Source: a virus (taxonomy: Duplodnaviria > Caudoviricetes). Taken from it: a stretch of 38,391 bases of DNA. This document shows, piece after piece, positions 9,101-17,037 of this stretch. Where the stretch lies: positions 1 through 38,391 of IMG/VR virus record IMGVR_UViG_3300046787_000259; one strand, given 5' to 3'. How positions within the stretch are numbered: the stretch's first letter is position 1; every line of letters begins with the position of its first letter. The translations under genes were made by a program, and so were the position numbers. The notes under the pieces were generated by a model, which was given only the letters and a program-made list of their open reading frames with translations, ran no database searches and was not told the origin of the DNA.

Positions 9101-10786
9101 TGGAATAGCATAACTATGCCAGCCGCTGAGTTGAAACACTTTGCATACAAGAGTGGCGTATATGTAGCAGTGGGCTATGGAAACTACGCTTATACATCCT
9201 CTAGCGGAACTGGTAGCTGGACTCAGAGAGCTTTTGCAACAGCGCTACCTAATGGAGATACGTGGAGTGCGCAGGGCATAGTTCATAATGGGACTAGATT
9301 CTATACTTATAGCTATTTTGGTAGCTACACTTTCTACTACACTTCTGACGACGGTATAACCTGGACTCGTAGAGAGTATCCAAGCATGGTGACTAATAGC
9401 GGCCCAATGAGTGCTATCTGGGATGGCTCTAAATTTGTAGCACCTATTATGTATGAAGCATGTGTCTACACTTCAGCTGATGCAATTACATGGACAAGAA
9501 CCAACATCTCAAATAGCTACCTAAGCATTGCTTATGGTGGTGGTATCTACGTTATGTCTGCATCTGGCGGCAAGATTGCAGTTTCATCCAATGGGACCAG
9601 CTGGACTGAATCTACGATATCTTGGCCCGACACCAATGGTATTACAGTGTCTTACGCCAACGGTAAATTCATTCTTTCTAGCACAGAGACTAATGCAGTG
9701 GCAGTATCTACCAATGGAGCTTCATGGAGCTACGGGACTCTGCCTGTAGCAGGTAGGTTCTATCACACACTTAAACCATCGGCAGGGGATACTATGCCAT
9801 CAGGCAGGGCCCTACTTGCTGGGTACGCTGGGACCCTAATAGAAAGCTCGGATCAGGGGGCTACTTGGTCTAGCCTGCATGTACCTAGCTCCTACTCTGG
9901 TGGACTTATAACCTACTCTAATGGCAGATTTATTGGAACTTCTGGATCAGCGTCTTCTTATATCTATATATCTAGAGATGGATTTAACTGGAGTAGGCAG
10001 ACAATGCCGAGTTCTCAGGTTTGGATTCCTGGAGCATACAACCCAACTACAAAGAGCTATGCAGTAGTCGCGAAAAATGCAACTACTGTAGCTTATAGTG
10101 TAGCTACTAGCCCTACTTGGAGTACCGCCACCTTACCGTCGGCTCAAACCTGGTCCGAACTTTGCTATGACGCAGAATCGGGGATATACATAGTCAGTGC
10201 AGTCGGTACCACTACTGCAGCCAAGGCTACTAATATAGCGTCATGGTCATCAATTGCCCTACCAGCAAGTCCATCAGTGGCTATCACTACAGCAAACGGG
10301 AAGTTTTACCTAATCAATAGCGGAAGTAGTTCCCTATACTACTCAGTAGACGGGTCTACTTGGACATCAGCGACACTCCCTATGTCTGCAACTTGGACCC
10401 AGGTATTTGGCGGGAATAGTGGTAAAAATTATGTCCTATTTAGCCAGGATAGTATTGCATCTCTATACTCTAGCGATGGAGCTATTTGGATCGAAGCTCC
10501 AGCAAAGATTAGATTTGCAGCTATAGCTAATCCAGTCTGGGTTAAGGGTATATATTCTGGAAATTCATATATTATTGTAGGGCACGCCAGCTATAATGGG
10601 GATGATACGAATATTGCTGCTGTTTCATACGATGGTGTGACCTGGGACCTTAAAATTTTAGGGCTCGCTAATGGGGGATACCCGTTAGTAGTAGGTAGTA
10701 ATGGAGTGAACCAGTTCTCTACCGTAACAGCTAGGCCAGAGAGATCTTACACTTCTGCAAGTATCGGCTCTGTAAACATAGGATAG
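6125..10786 (+). CDS. Large collagen-like fibre / receptor-binding protein (1553 aa) with a BNR/Asp-box beta-propeller C-terminal region
   Basis: N-terminal IDFPSNP...WTWNGSTW module, about 500 aa of interrupted Gly-X-Y, then about 18 S-x-D/N-G-x-x-W repeats (SEDGVNW, STDGVTW, SVDGITW, SDDGITW, SRDGFNW, SYDGVTW and others). Confidence 0.88.
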   Translation: MPTIDFPSNPSIGDSFTYGLYTWTWNGSTWRAVTVTTVAGPTGAAGPQGEAGPTGPTGHAGPTGATGATGAASTIAGPTGSQGAIGPTGATGVQGTQGIQGVTGPTGAQGAQGPTGSTGLQGEVGPTGPQGVQGTQGTIGQTGLTGATGAQGVTGPQGEAGPTGPQGAQGDQGDLGPTGPQGNVGDTGPQGDIGPVGDTGPTGPTGAQGAGLQITDAHASYEDLISEHPAGAAGSAHLVGDGYLYVWSIETSTWVNTGQLQGPTGATGPQGIQGLVGDVGPTGSQGDLGPTGPTGPIGGHGIQGIQGEVGPTGPTGATGEQGAQGDQGQIGPTGDQGAQGIQGIQGAQGVTGPTGAAGDTGPTGPQGAIGAPFQIVASYSTEEEFNIQVTSGELGTAYIVGGHLFFWDDSFQQYVDLGSIQGPTGASGINGLDGSTGDTGPAGVAGDTGPAGDTGPAGVAGDTGPAGDTGPAGVAGDTGPAGDTGPAFTLLGSYASYEDFTAASPVGELGGAYLVSGVIYMWTPTANAYIEIGSIVGPTGPQGAVGNTGPAGTGVEEDLYLVDGNNSAIAAAYTAGEYIVSFEGYGKLRIVSYANGVPSLYPIVDVPYVTEFYRVRVTLPADIDGFISIDNFVGNVSIQNATTTALNTGGGTVTIPGEVWTAQASRNYVPNQSQVNLRVLEYFPGYGFIGANTGQFTGVYRSEDGVNWTYTALTGGSGAPTSIAYGAGVGFVITTYTTGFWFSADAVSWEFIPHPGTGSDYVYSIAYASGMFLAVAGNGAVFTSITGRYWTASAPLSSGSTKEKVVSDGTTFTIISSNKVERSTDGVTWSNITVTGIRSDASAKYLNGTYLSFGQSTSTYHTSVDGITWVSRTLPGSGSWYNLAYGSGVYSIISFDGSASYTSPDAITWTSRTAPSAIGASSIYTAYAYGNGNFIFGSLYTTIWGYSSNAQSWTQLDVSGQSVFYGLSIAGSRLYVSTSTNVAHYSDDAGITWNSITMPAAELKHFAYKSGVYVAVGYGNYAYTSSSGTGSWTQRAFATALPNGDTWSAQGIVHNGTRFYTYSYFGSYTFYYTSDDGITWTRREYPSMVTNSGPMSAIWDGSKFVAPIMYEACVYTSADAITWTRTNISNSYLSIAYGGGIYVMSASGGKIAVSSNGTSWTESTISWPDTNGITVSYANGKFILSSTETNAVAVSTNGASWSYGTLPVAGRFYHTLKPSAGDTMPSGRALLAGYAGTLIESSDQGATWSSLHVPSSYSGGLITYSNGRFIGTSGSASSYIYISRDGFNWSRQTMPSSQVWIPGAYNPTTKSYAVVAKNATTVAYSVATSPTWSTATLPSAQTWSELCYDAESGIYIVSAVGTTTAAKATNIASWSSIALPASPSVAITTANGKFYLINSGSSSLYYSVDGSTWTSATLPMSATWTQVFGGNSGKNYVLFSQDSIASLYSSDGAIWIEAPAKIRFAAIANPVWVKGIYSGNSYIIVGHASYNGDDTNIAAVSYDGVTWDLKILGLANGGYPLVVGSNGVNQFSTVTARPERSYTSASIGSVNIG
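7431..7585 (+). repeat. Perfect 45-bp tandem repeat (3 copies plus 20 bp) encoding GDTGPAGVAGDTGPA
   Basis: Unit ctggagatactggaccagcaggtgttgctggagatactggaccag at 7431, 7476 and 7521, with a partial copy at 7566. Confidence 0.97.
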
Positions 10787-10793
10787 GAATACG

Positions 10794-11045
10794 ATGAGAT
10801 ACGAAATCGAGTCAGTAACTAATGCAGTACGAATTTTTGATGTAGATAATGTAGAGGTAATCTATCAGCCTACATGGCCAGATGGCTCTTCTTGGTCCAG
10901 TGTCGCTGAGGCCTCAGCGTGGGCAGATCAGCAGGTACTTAGCATGTTAGATATAGCGGCCGATCTAGCGGGACCTTCACCAGACTCGCCAGTGATCCCT
11001 CGACCGACACCTATTGCCCCTCCAGCAATTCCAGGTACAGAGTAG
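10794..11045 (+). CDS. Small acidic protein, possible fibre assembly chaperone
   Basis: 83 aa, directly after the large fibre gene, with AGGA upstream and a QPTWPDG..W...EA.AWA motif. Function inferred from position only. Confidence 0.6.
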   Translation: MRYEIESVTNAVRIFDVDNVEVIYQPTWPDGSSWSSVAEASAWADQQVLSMLDIAADLAGPSPDSPVIPRPTPIAPPAIPGTE

Positions 11046-11399
11046 TTACCCTACGTTACGCTTTCTAGCTGGTTTGATTAAAGGCTGGATGGTCTCCACT
11101 GGCTCAGATTGAGCATTATGTAGCCCTAGTGTTAAATCTTTAATGAACTCTATCTCGGTTGAGACCTTAACTATGTGCCTCTCGATGTTGTTTACGCGAT
11201 CAGCTAGAGAGCTTCCGCCATTCTCCCATAGCTGGTGCTCTACGCGCCCCATTCGGTCTGACAGTGTTCGACCATCTCGATCTAGGCCTAAGGCATCACT
11301 GATTCGTTTTGCAACCCTATAGATCGCAATTGTGCCACCTATAAGAACGCCAAAAGCCGAGATGCTTGCAGCAATGGCCAATAATAGATCGTTAGTCAT
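11046..11399 (-). CDS. Holin-like / membrane protein with an N-terminal TM helix
   Basis: Hydrophobic LLLAIAASISAFGVLIGGTIAIY segment, followed by the NGGSSL.D motif seen in actinophage lysis-region membrane proteins, and a basic C-terminus. Confidence 0.65.
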   Translation of the reverse strand: MTNDLLLAIAASISAFGVLIGGTIAIYRVAKRISDALGLDRDGRTLSDRMGRVEHQLWENGGSSLADRVNNIERHIVKVSTEIEFIKDLTLGLHNAQSEPVETIQPLIKPARKRNVG

Positions 11400-11443
11400 G
11401 TATAATTGTTCCTACAGGAGAGAGCGGTTAGGTCCGTATCATC

Positions 11444-11453
11444 CTATTTTACC
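11444..11453 (-). promoter_or_regulatory. Putative late-promoter motif GGTAAAATAG (minus strand)
   Basis: ctattttacc on the + strand, 44 bp upstream of the 11399 start. Identical to 6087-6096. Confidence 0.5.
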
Positions 11454-11537
11454 CCATTTCGGGCTTCTCGATTTGGTGGGTCTAGCCATTAAGTTGGTCA
11501 CCTTCCCAAATTTTTTCAACATCTTTCACGTTTTGAT

Positions 11538-11565
11538 TTGCAAACGTAGACGTAAGGTGTATGCT
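11538..11565 (+). promoter_or_regulatory. SigA-like promoter for the primase operon (TTGCAA-16-TATGCT)
   Basis: -35 at 11538-11543 and -10 at 11560-11565. RBS GAGGTG lies before the GTG at 11624. Confidence 0.55.
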
Positions 11566-11623
11566 GAATTTAGATTTTGGAAAGTGAAATTATGCACACA
11601 CATATTTTTGAGGTGACTACCTA

Positions 11624-14305
11624 GTGGCTGGGTGGGGAGACGCCGATGGCAGACTACTGCCTGGCGCTACTTGGTACGCTAACAATGGATGGCACGTACT
11701 GCCAGTTCACGGAATTGATCGCACTGGGATGTGTACGTGCGGTAGAGAGCACTTAGACCCTAAAGAAAAAGGTAAACACCCAGCGTCTGCTCAGGGGCAG
11801 AAAGACGCCACTACTGACGTAGCCACCATAGAAACTTGGTGGGCAGAGAATCCTCACTACAACATCGGTGTCTTTGCTAGACCCTCTGGATTCTTTGTAA
11901 TTGATATTGATCCGCGTAATGGTGGAGATAAGTCGATTCTCAAGCTGGAGGAGCGTGCTCTGGGAGAGCTCCCTCCAACCGTTGAAGCAATAACGGGTGA
12001 GTACAATACCGATGGTGGACCAAAACGTGGCCGTCACCTCCTATACCGCTGCTCGCCAGACGAAAAATTTATTGCTAACTTCAATAAAGAGGGCTTGCCT
12101 GGTATCGATGTAAAGCACAATGGCTACATCCTTATTGCGCCTTCTCGTCACTTCTCGGGCCACTGCTACGAGTGGAAAGACGGTCACGAGCCATGGAACA
12201 TGGAGATTGCCGAAGCTCCAGAAGAACTTCTCAATGTAATCAGATCAAAAACTCTGAAGCGTTCGGCTGGCACATCTGGCACTGGCTACGCGACTAGTGA
12301 CTGGGACTTCCTCCGCGAGCTTAATTTTGGAGATAAAGGTAAGTTAGACATCGACAACATCCTCGAAGAGGGTATTGAAGAGGGCGGGCGAGCTGTAGGT
12401 CTATATCAGCTAGCCTGTGCATTAGCTAACAAGCACGGCACGGATCTATCTGGTAGAACTGCGGTAGAGGCGATGATGCTTAAGTTTAACGCCGAGATGG
12501 TTAGACCTCCAATGGAGATTGAAGGCCCTAATTCAATTCTTATGCATACTCGACGCGCGATCGACTTCGTAGCCAATAATCCGATTTGGGATAAGTGGTG
12601 GGAAGGCCTAAAAGAGTATGTGCCCGAGAATGCCATGGAATGGGCAAAGAATGCCGAGGCCCAGTTTATCAAAGCACCAGATGCTTCTAGCTCTTTCAAC
12701 TATAGCGGGTCAGCTGATCGAATCGACATAGACGTCCCTATTACTGATATCAGTAATGCTGTAGGTAATCAGGTAGCAGTTCTAGCAGCACGAGGTAAGT
12801 CTATTCAGGACATCACTCTCGGTGGAAATCTAGATCTTCCTAAAGACGTAGACGCCATTAGCGAGGCTGCAGGTGGACGTGCTGGTGCTAGAAGTTTGAC
12901 AGACGTTGGTAACGGTCGCCGTTTAATTGATGCCTTTGGCTCTAGTATTCGCTATACATCTAATGTTGGTTGGTTTGTTTGGAACGGTAATTACTGGCGT
13001 CCAGACCGAGAGTCCGCTGATATCAAAGAGCTGTGCAAGTCAGTGTCTACCGTGATTGCACGAGAGGCTGCGATGCTGCAGTCACTTGACGACCCTAGAG
13101 GTCCAGAAATCGTTAAGTGGGCAAACCAAGCTAAGTCGAATGGCCGCATTAATGCAATGCTGGAGCAGGCTCAGTCTGATGCACGAATTCAAGTAGAAGT
13201 CGAAGACTGGGATAAGAACGCCTACCTACTAGGCGTGAAAAATGGTGTAGTCGATCTAAAGACTGGCAAGCTCACGCAGGGTGATATCGAGTCTCATATC
13301 ACAAGAATTTCTCCTATCGCGTACACCCAAGGCATTCGGGATACCAGATGGGAAACGTTCCTATTAGAAGCGGTAAACGGAGATCGAGAGTATCTGGATT
13401 GGTTGCAGAAAGCTGTGGGGTATACAGCCACTGGTCTAAACAATCAGGACGCGATCTTCCTGATCTATGGCCCACCAGGGTCTGGTAAGAACACATTTAT
13501 CGAAACTATTTTCGAAGCCCTAGGTAAGGCCCAACACGCCTGGGCGCTTGACTCAAACGTCCTAGCACTAGGCGACCGAGTCAGCACATCAGATGAGTAT
13601 CATATGGCCGAACTACGTGGACGCCGAATGATTTGGGTGGATGAGCTACCTGAATCGGAACGCATCAAGGAGAACCAGGTCAAGAAGCTCACTGGTTCTG
13701 GAACTATTCAAGGTCGTTCTCCAGGAGAAAAACCTATTCAGTTCACGTCTACTGGAAAGCTCTGGGTATCTACAAACCACCGACCTATTATTACCGATGA
13801 GGCAATGTGGCGTCGTCTATTGCCAATCCCGCTAACAAACAAGCCATCTAGGCCAGATCCTAGCCTTAAGAAGTATTTAGCGGACGCAGAAGGTGCTTTG
13901 CCAGCTGTCCTAGCTTGGATCGTTGAGGGTGCAGTTAAATACCTATCATCCAGTCAGGATAATCCACTAGAGATGTGCACTGTAGTTCGTGATGCACACG
14001 AGATCTATAGACGTAACGAGGATAGGATCGGGTCATTCCTAGAGGAAGAGACTATGGCGAGCCCATCCAGCGATATGAAGATGAATGATCTATATCGTCG
14101 TTATAAGGGTTGGAGTGATTCTAGAGGCGAGAAGGGTCTTAGTCAGATTGCATTCCACAGAAAGCTTTCCGATAGAGGCCTAGAAGTCCTGGGATCAGGC
14201 AATAGAGCGATTCTAACTGGGATTACACTAGCCCCCCACGAGGTTACTCATATGTCCCAGCCTGACTTTGCATCAGCGGCCAGATTCGCAAACGTTAATT
14301 TTTAA
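11624..14305 (+). CDS. Bifunctional DNA primase/polymerase (Prim-Pol) fused to a D5-type SF3 helicase
   Basis: Prim-Pol motifs (GWHVLPVHG, CTCG, KGKHP, NIG, VIDIDPRNGG, GRHL.Y, YILIAPSRH), D5_N-like region, Walker A GPPGSGKNT, Walker B WVDE, motif C STNHRP, and a C-terminal winged helix. Confidence 0.93.
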   Translation: MAGWGDADGRLLPGATWYANNGWHVLPVHGIDRTGMCTCGREHLDPKEKGKHPASAQGQKDATTDVATIETWWAENPHYNIGVFARPSGFFVIDIDPRNGGDKSILKLEERALGELPPTVEAITGEYNTDGGPKRGRHLLYRCSPDEKFIANFNKEGLPGIDVKHNGYILIAPSRHFSGHCYEWKDGHEPWNMEIAEAPEELLNVIRSKTLKRSAGTSGTGYATSDWDFLRELNFGDKGKLDIDNILEEGIEEGGRAVGLYQLACALANKHGTDLSGRTAVEAMMLKFNAEMVRPPMEIEGPNSILMHTRRAIDFVANNPIWDKWWEGLKEYVPENAMEWAKNAEAQFIKAPDASSSFNYSGSADRIDIDVPITDISNAVGNQVAVLAARGKSIQDITLGGNLDLPKDVDAISEAAGGRAGARSLTDVGNGRRLIDAFGSSIRYTSNVGWFVWNGNYWRPDRESADIKELCKSVSTVIAREAAMLQSLDDPRGPEIVKWANQAKSNGRINAMLEQAQSDARIQVEVEDWDKNAYLLGVKNGVVDLKTGKLTQGDIESHITRISPIAYTQGIRDTRWETFLLEAVNGDREYLDWLQKAVGYTATGLNNQDAIFLIYGPPGSGKNTFIETIFEALGKAQHAWALDSNVLALGDRVSTSDEYHMAELRGRRMIWVDELPESERIKENQVKKLTGSGTIQGRSPGEKPIQFTSTGKLWVSTNHRPIITDEAMWRRLLPIPLTNKPSRPDPSLKKYLADAEGALPAVLAWIVEGAVKYLSSSQDNPLEMCTVVRDAHEIYRRNEDRIGSFLEEETMASPSSDMKMNDLYRRYKGWSDSRGEKGLSQIAFHRKLSDRGLEVLGSGNRAILTGITLAPHEVTHMSQPDFASAARFANVNF

Positions 14306-14326
14306 GTAAGATAGGATATAAATAAT

Positions 14327-15130
14327 ATGAAAATTTTTATAGCTACCCCTATGTATGGCGGGATTGCCAAAAATCAGTACACCATTTCCCTTCAGAATCT
14401 ACTTGTAAAGTTATCTCAGCGGGGTCACTCCGTTCAGACGACAACTATCGGCAACGAGAGCCTAATCACCAGAGCCAGGAACACTCTGGCCCACAAGTTT
14501 ATGAAGAGCGATATGGATGCACTACTATTCATCGACGCGGACCATGGGTGGAACGCGGATGACGTAGTACGCATGATTGAGTCCGAGAAGGACCTAATCG
14601 GTGCCATCTACCCTATGAAGGGCCTGAACTGGGAGAATATCCGAATGGCTGCTCTACTGGGCAAGGAAAATCTAGAAGAGTACTCTGGCTACTTCGCCAT
14701 TAATCTACTAGACGAGTCTCAGGTGTTCAATGATCAGGAGCCTTTCAAGGTGAAAGATATTGGAACGGGGATGATGTTCATTACCCGCAAGGTTTTTGAA
14801 GATCTAGAGCCAACCTGCAAGAAATACACTAACAACAACGTTGGTAATACAGGTATAGAGTTTGGCGAGAAGATTACCGAGTACTTCACCACAGTCATCG
14901 ACGAGAAGGGCATCCTACTCTCTGAAGATTACGCTTTCTGTCGCATGTGGCAGGCAATTGGTGGAGAAGTTTGGTCCGCCCCATGGGTGCATATCACCCA
15001 CTCGGGTGACTATAATTTCGCTGGACAGTTCCCTAAAATGATTGAATTGTCAAAAATTAGAGAGCTGCAAGCCGAAGCGGCTAAAAATCAAGAACTAGCT
15101 GAGAAGCAGAAAACAGACGAATCTGAATAA
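14327..15130 (+). CDS. GT-A fold glycosyltransferase-like protein
   Basis: IFIATPMYGG start, ESLITRARN, DXD motif (FIDAD), IGTGMMFI, LSEDYAFC, THSG. Confidence 0.8.
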   Translation: MKIFIATPMYGGIAKNQYTISLQNLLVKLSQRGHSVQTTTIGNESLITRARNTLAHKFMKSDMDALLFIDADHGWNADDVVRMIESEKDLIGAIYPMKGLNWENIRMAALLGKENLEEYSGYFAINLLDESQVFNDQEPFKVKDIGTGMMFITRKVFEDLEPTCKKYTNNNVGNTGIEFGEKITEYFTTVIDEKGILLSEDYAFCRMWQAIGGEVWSAPWVHITHSGDYNFAGQFPKMIELSKIRELQAEAAKNQELAEKQKTDESE

Positions 15131-15177
15131 GTGAGAAAATAGTACTAGGTATCCCTAGACTCAAAGGTAATTAAATA

Positions 15178-15294
15178 GTGGCTAATGATAAAGATTACAC
15201 ATGCTCAATATGCTCTAAATGGTTTGTAGTTAGATCCCTAGCCAGAATCTGTGAAGAAGATCACAAGAAAAATATTTTACCTAAATCCGAGTAA
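15178..15294 (+). CDS. 38-aa zinc-finger microprotein (below the ORF track cutoff)
   Basis: GTG at 15178 to TAA at 15294 reads MANDKDYTCSICSKWFVVRSLARICEEDHKKNILPKSE. It has C-x2-C-x12-C-x3-H spacing and AAAGGT upstream, and fills an otherwise empty gap. Confidence 0.7.
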   Translation: MANDKDYTCSICSKWFVVRSLARICEEDHKKNILPKSE

Positions 15295-15346
15295 TGTAGG
15301 GTTTGTGTAGTAGTATAGTCTCAACCTTTGGTTTAAGGAGAGAACT

Positions 15347-15613
15347 ATGGCTTTAGCAGAACGCCTCATACAGGCTAATAGCGTATACCAAAAAACTTTT
15401 ATTTGCAAATTGATGCAAGTTACCTTAGACCCTAAGCTATCTAAAGATGATGTAGACGCGCTTATCAAAATAATAAATTCAAATCCTGGTGACGAGAATC
15501 ATGTGCCGAATAGCCGACTTTCTCAAGCTCTCAGAGAAGAAGGTTTTGACGTAAGTGCGAGTGCTGTAGATAGACACCGCCGTAGAACCTGTTCATGTAC
15601 TAGGCTAATTTAG
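15347..15613 (+). CDS. Small HTH-like DNA-binding protein with a C-terminal HRRRxCxC motif
   Basis: Strong RBS AAGGAG. SRLSQALREEGFDVSASAVDRHRR resembles an HTH. Sits directly upstream of the phosphoesterase. Confidence 0.7.
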   Translation: MALAERLIQANSVYQKTFICKLMQVTLDPKLSKDDVDALIKIINSNPGDENHVPNSRLSQALREEGFDVSASAVDRHRRRTCSCTRLI

Positions 15614-15621
15614 GGAGAACT

Positions 15622-16827
15622 ATGAGCCTGTCAGAAAAACTAGAAAAACTTCGCATGCCTGGGCATAGCGGCTCAGATTTTAAGTCACTCAATACTCCAG
15701 AGAATTGGCGTCCACGCATGGACATCGATAGTATCTCTGGAGGTTTTCTCATCTCCGAGGCCCGCCCCGCTGGGCAATCATCGGATGCTCGGCAGGTACT
15801 GGAAGACTTCGGGCTAGATCCAGAATCATGGACAGTTACCTCAGTACGCCTAGGTAAGTGGCAGAAGCATGATGGTGAATATCTAGAATCCCAGCGTGTG
15901 AACGTAATACCATCAAAGTTGTCTGCTGAAGATTATTTAGATGCCGAGAAACTTATCGACGAGATTAAGAAGTGGCGTCCTGCAAAAGGAATTAAAGTAG
16001 CTACTGGCACAGGATCCTACGGGCTATTCCCCGCCGATCAGCAGATAGGTAAAAAAGCTGCCAGTGGTGGTACGCAGCAAACCATCGATAGACTTCTAAA
16101 TTTGACTGAAGTGTCAGTACAGCGTTTTAAAGATTACCAGAGAATTGGTCTCAACCTGGGCACTATAACATTAGGTCTGCCAGGTGACCACGTAGAAGGC
16201 ACTACTTCTCAGGGTGGTCGGTTGCAGGGTCTCGCAGCATCAGATTTGGGCATGACAGAGCAGGTTAGAGTGGCTCGACGTATCCTGATGGCTCAGATTA
16301 AAGCGCATGCCCCCCTAGCTGAGCGAATGATTGTGCCAGTAATTAATGGAAATCATGACGAGCCAGGGCGCTATGTAGCCACTGATCCCGCTGATGGCTG
16401 GAACGTTGAGATAGCATCGGCTGTGCAGGATGCCTGCGCAGAGAACCCGTCTCTTAGTCACGTAGAATTCCGCTACCCAGGTTCTGGCCACCAGACTTTG
16501 GTGACAGAGATCTGTGGCGTACACCTAGGAATGTTTCACGGACACCAGGCAAACCAGAATACAATCGAAAAGTACCTAGCTGGTCAGACTCTAGGTCAAA
16601 CCGCGCTAGGCGGTGCCGATATTTGGATCTCTGGGCATTTCCACAACTTCCGCTCTATGGACATTGGCGATCGCTTATGGTGTCAGTGCCCAACGACAGA
16701 CCCAGGTTCAGACTGGTATCGTGACCGAGCTGGTGCTCAATCGCGTGCTGGACTACTTACCATGGTATTCGGCGGAGATTACGATCCAAGAGAGCACCTG
16801 AGTGTGCTATCAGTTAAGAAAGCATAG
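15622..16827 (+). CDS. Calcineurin-like metallophosphoesterase (Mre11/SbcD-like fold)
   Basis: Motifs in the expected order: DQQIGK, GDHVEG, GNHDE, FHGH, GHFH. Confidence 0.88.
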   Translation: MSLSEKLEKLRMPGHSGSDFKSLNTPENWRPRMDIDSISGGFLISEARPAGQSSDARQVLEDFGLDPESWTVTSVRLGKWQKHDGEYLESQRVNVIPSKLSAEDYLDAEKLIDEIKKWRPAKGIKVATGTGSYGLFPADQQIGKKAASGGTQQTIDRLLNLTEVSVQRFKDYQRIGLNLGTITLGLPGDHVEGTTSQGGRLQGLAASDLGMTEQVRVARRILMAQIKAHAPLAERMIVPVINGNHDEPGRYVATDPADGWNVEIASAVQDACAENPSLSHVEFRYPGSGHQTLVTEICGVHLGMFHGHQANQNTIEKYLAGQTLGQTALGGADIWISGHFHNFRSMDIGDRLWCQCPTTDPGSDWYRDRAGAQSRAGLLTMVFGGDYDPREHLSVLSVKKA

Positions 16828-16828
16828 C

Positions 16829-17035
16829 ATGGAATCAACTAAAAAAAGTTTAACTAAAACAATCAGCTGGGAAATTTGGCACTTCATTGTACTAGCTGGA
16901 ATTCTCTATATTTTCACTGGTGAGTGGGAGTATGCTGGCGCGGGGGCAATTATATATATTGTCATCGAATCGCTAGGATACTATATCCACGAGAGAATCT
17001 GGGCCAGAGCCTCTAGGTCAGCCAAAAAGAAGTAG
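16829..17035 (+). CDS. DUF2061-like small membrane protein (68 aa)
   Basis: The ATG at 16829, 1 nt after the upstream stop, is preferred over 16802. The sequence follows the S..KTISW...YYIHERIW pattern with two hydrophobic segments. Confidence 0.75.
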   Translation: MESTKKSLTKTISWEIWHFIVLAGILYIFTGEWEYAGAGAIIYIVIESLGYYIHERIWARASRSAKKK

Positions 17036-17037
17036 AT

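Noticed and set aside
142-10786. Diversity-generating retroelement acting on the fibre genes
   Set aside because: No reverse transcriptase is in the window and no template/variable repeat pair differing at adenines was seen. The shared blocks are exact copies.
11332-11616. 94-aa ORF across the holin/primase divergent region
   Set aside because: It overlaps the holin-like gene on the opposite strand, covers both promoters and has no recognisable protein features.
15273-15468. Minus-strand GGTAAAATA at 15273-15281 and the 63-aa minus-strand ORF 15277-15468
   Set aside because: The motif points antisense with no downstream minus-strand gene and lies inside the Zn-finger ORF. The ORF is antisense to a gene with a strong RBS. 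An antisense promoter cannot be fully excluded.
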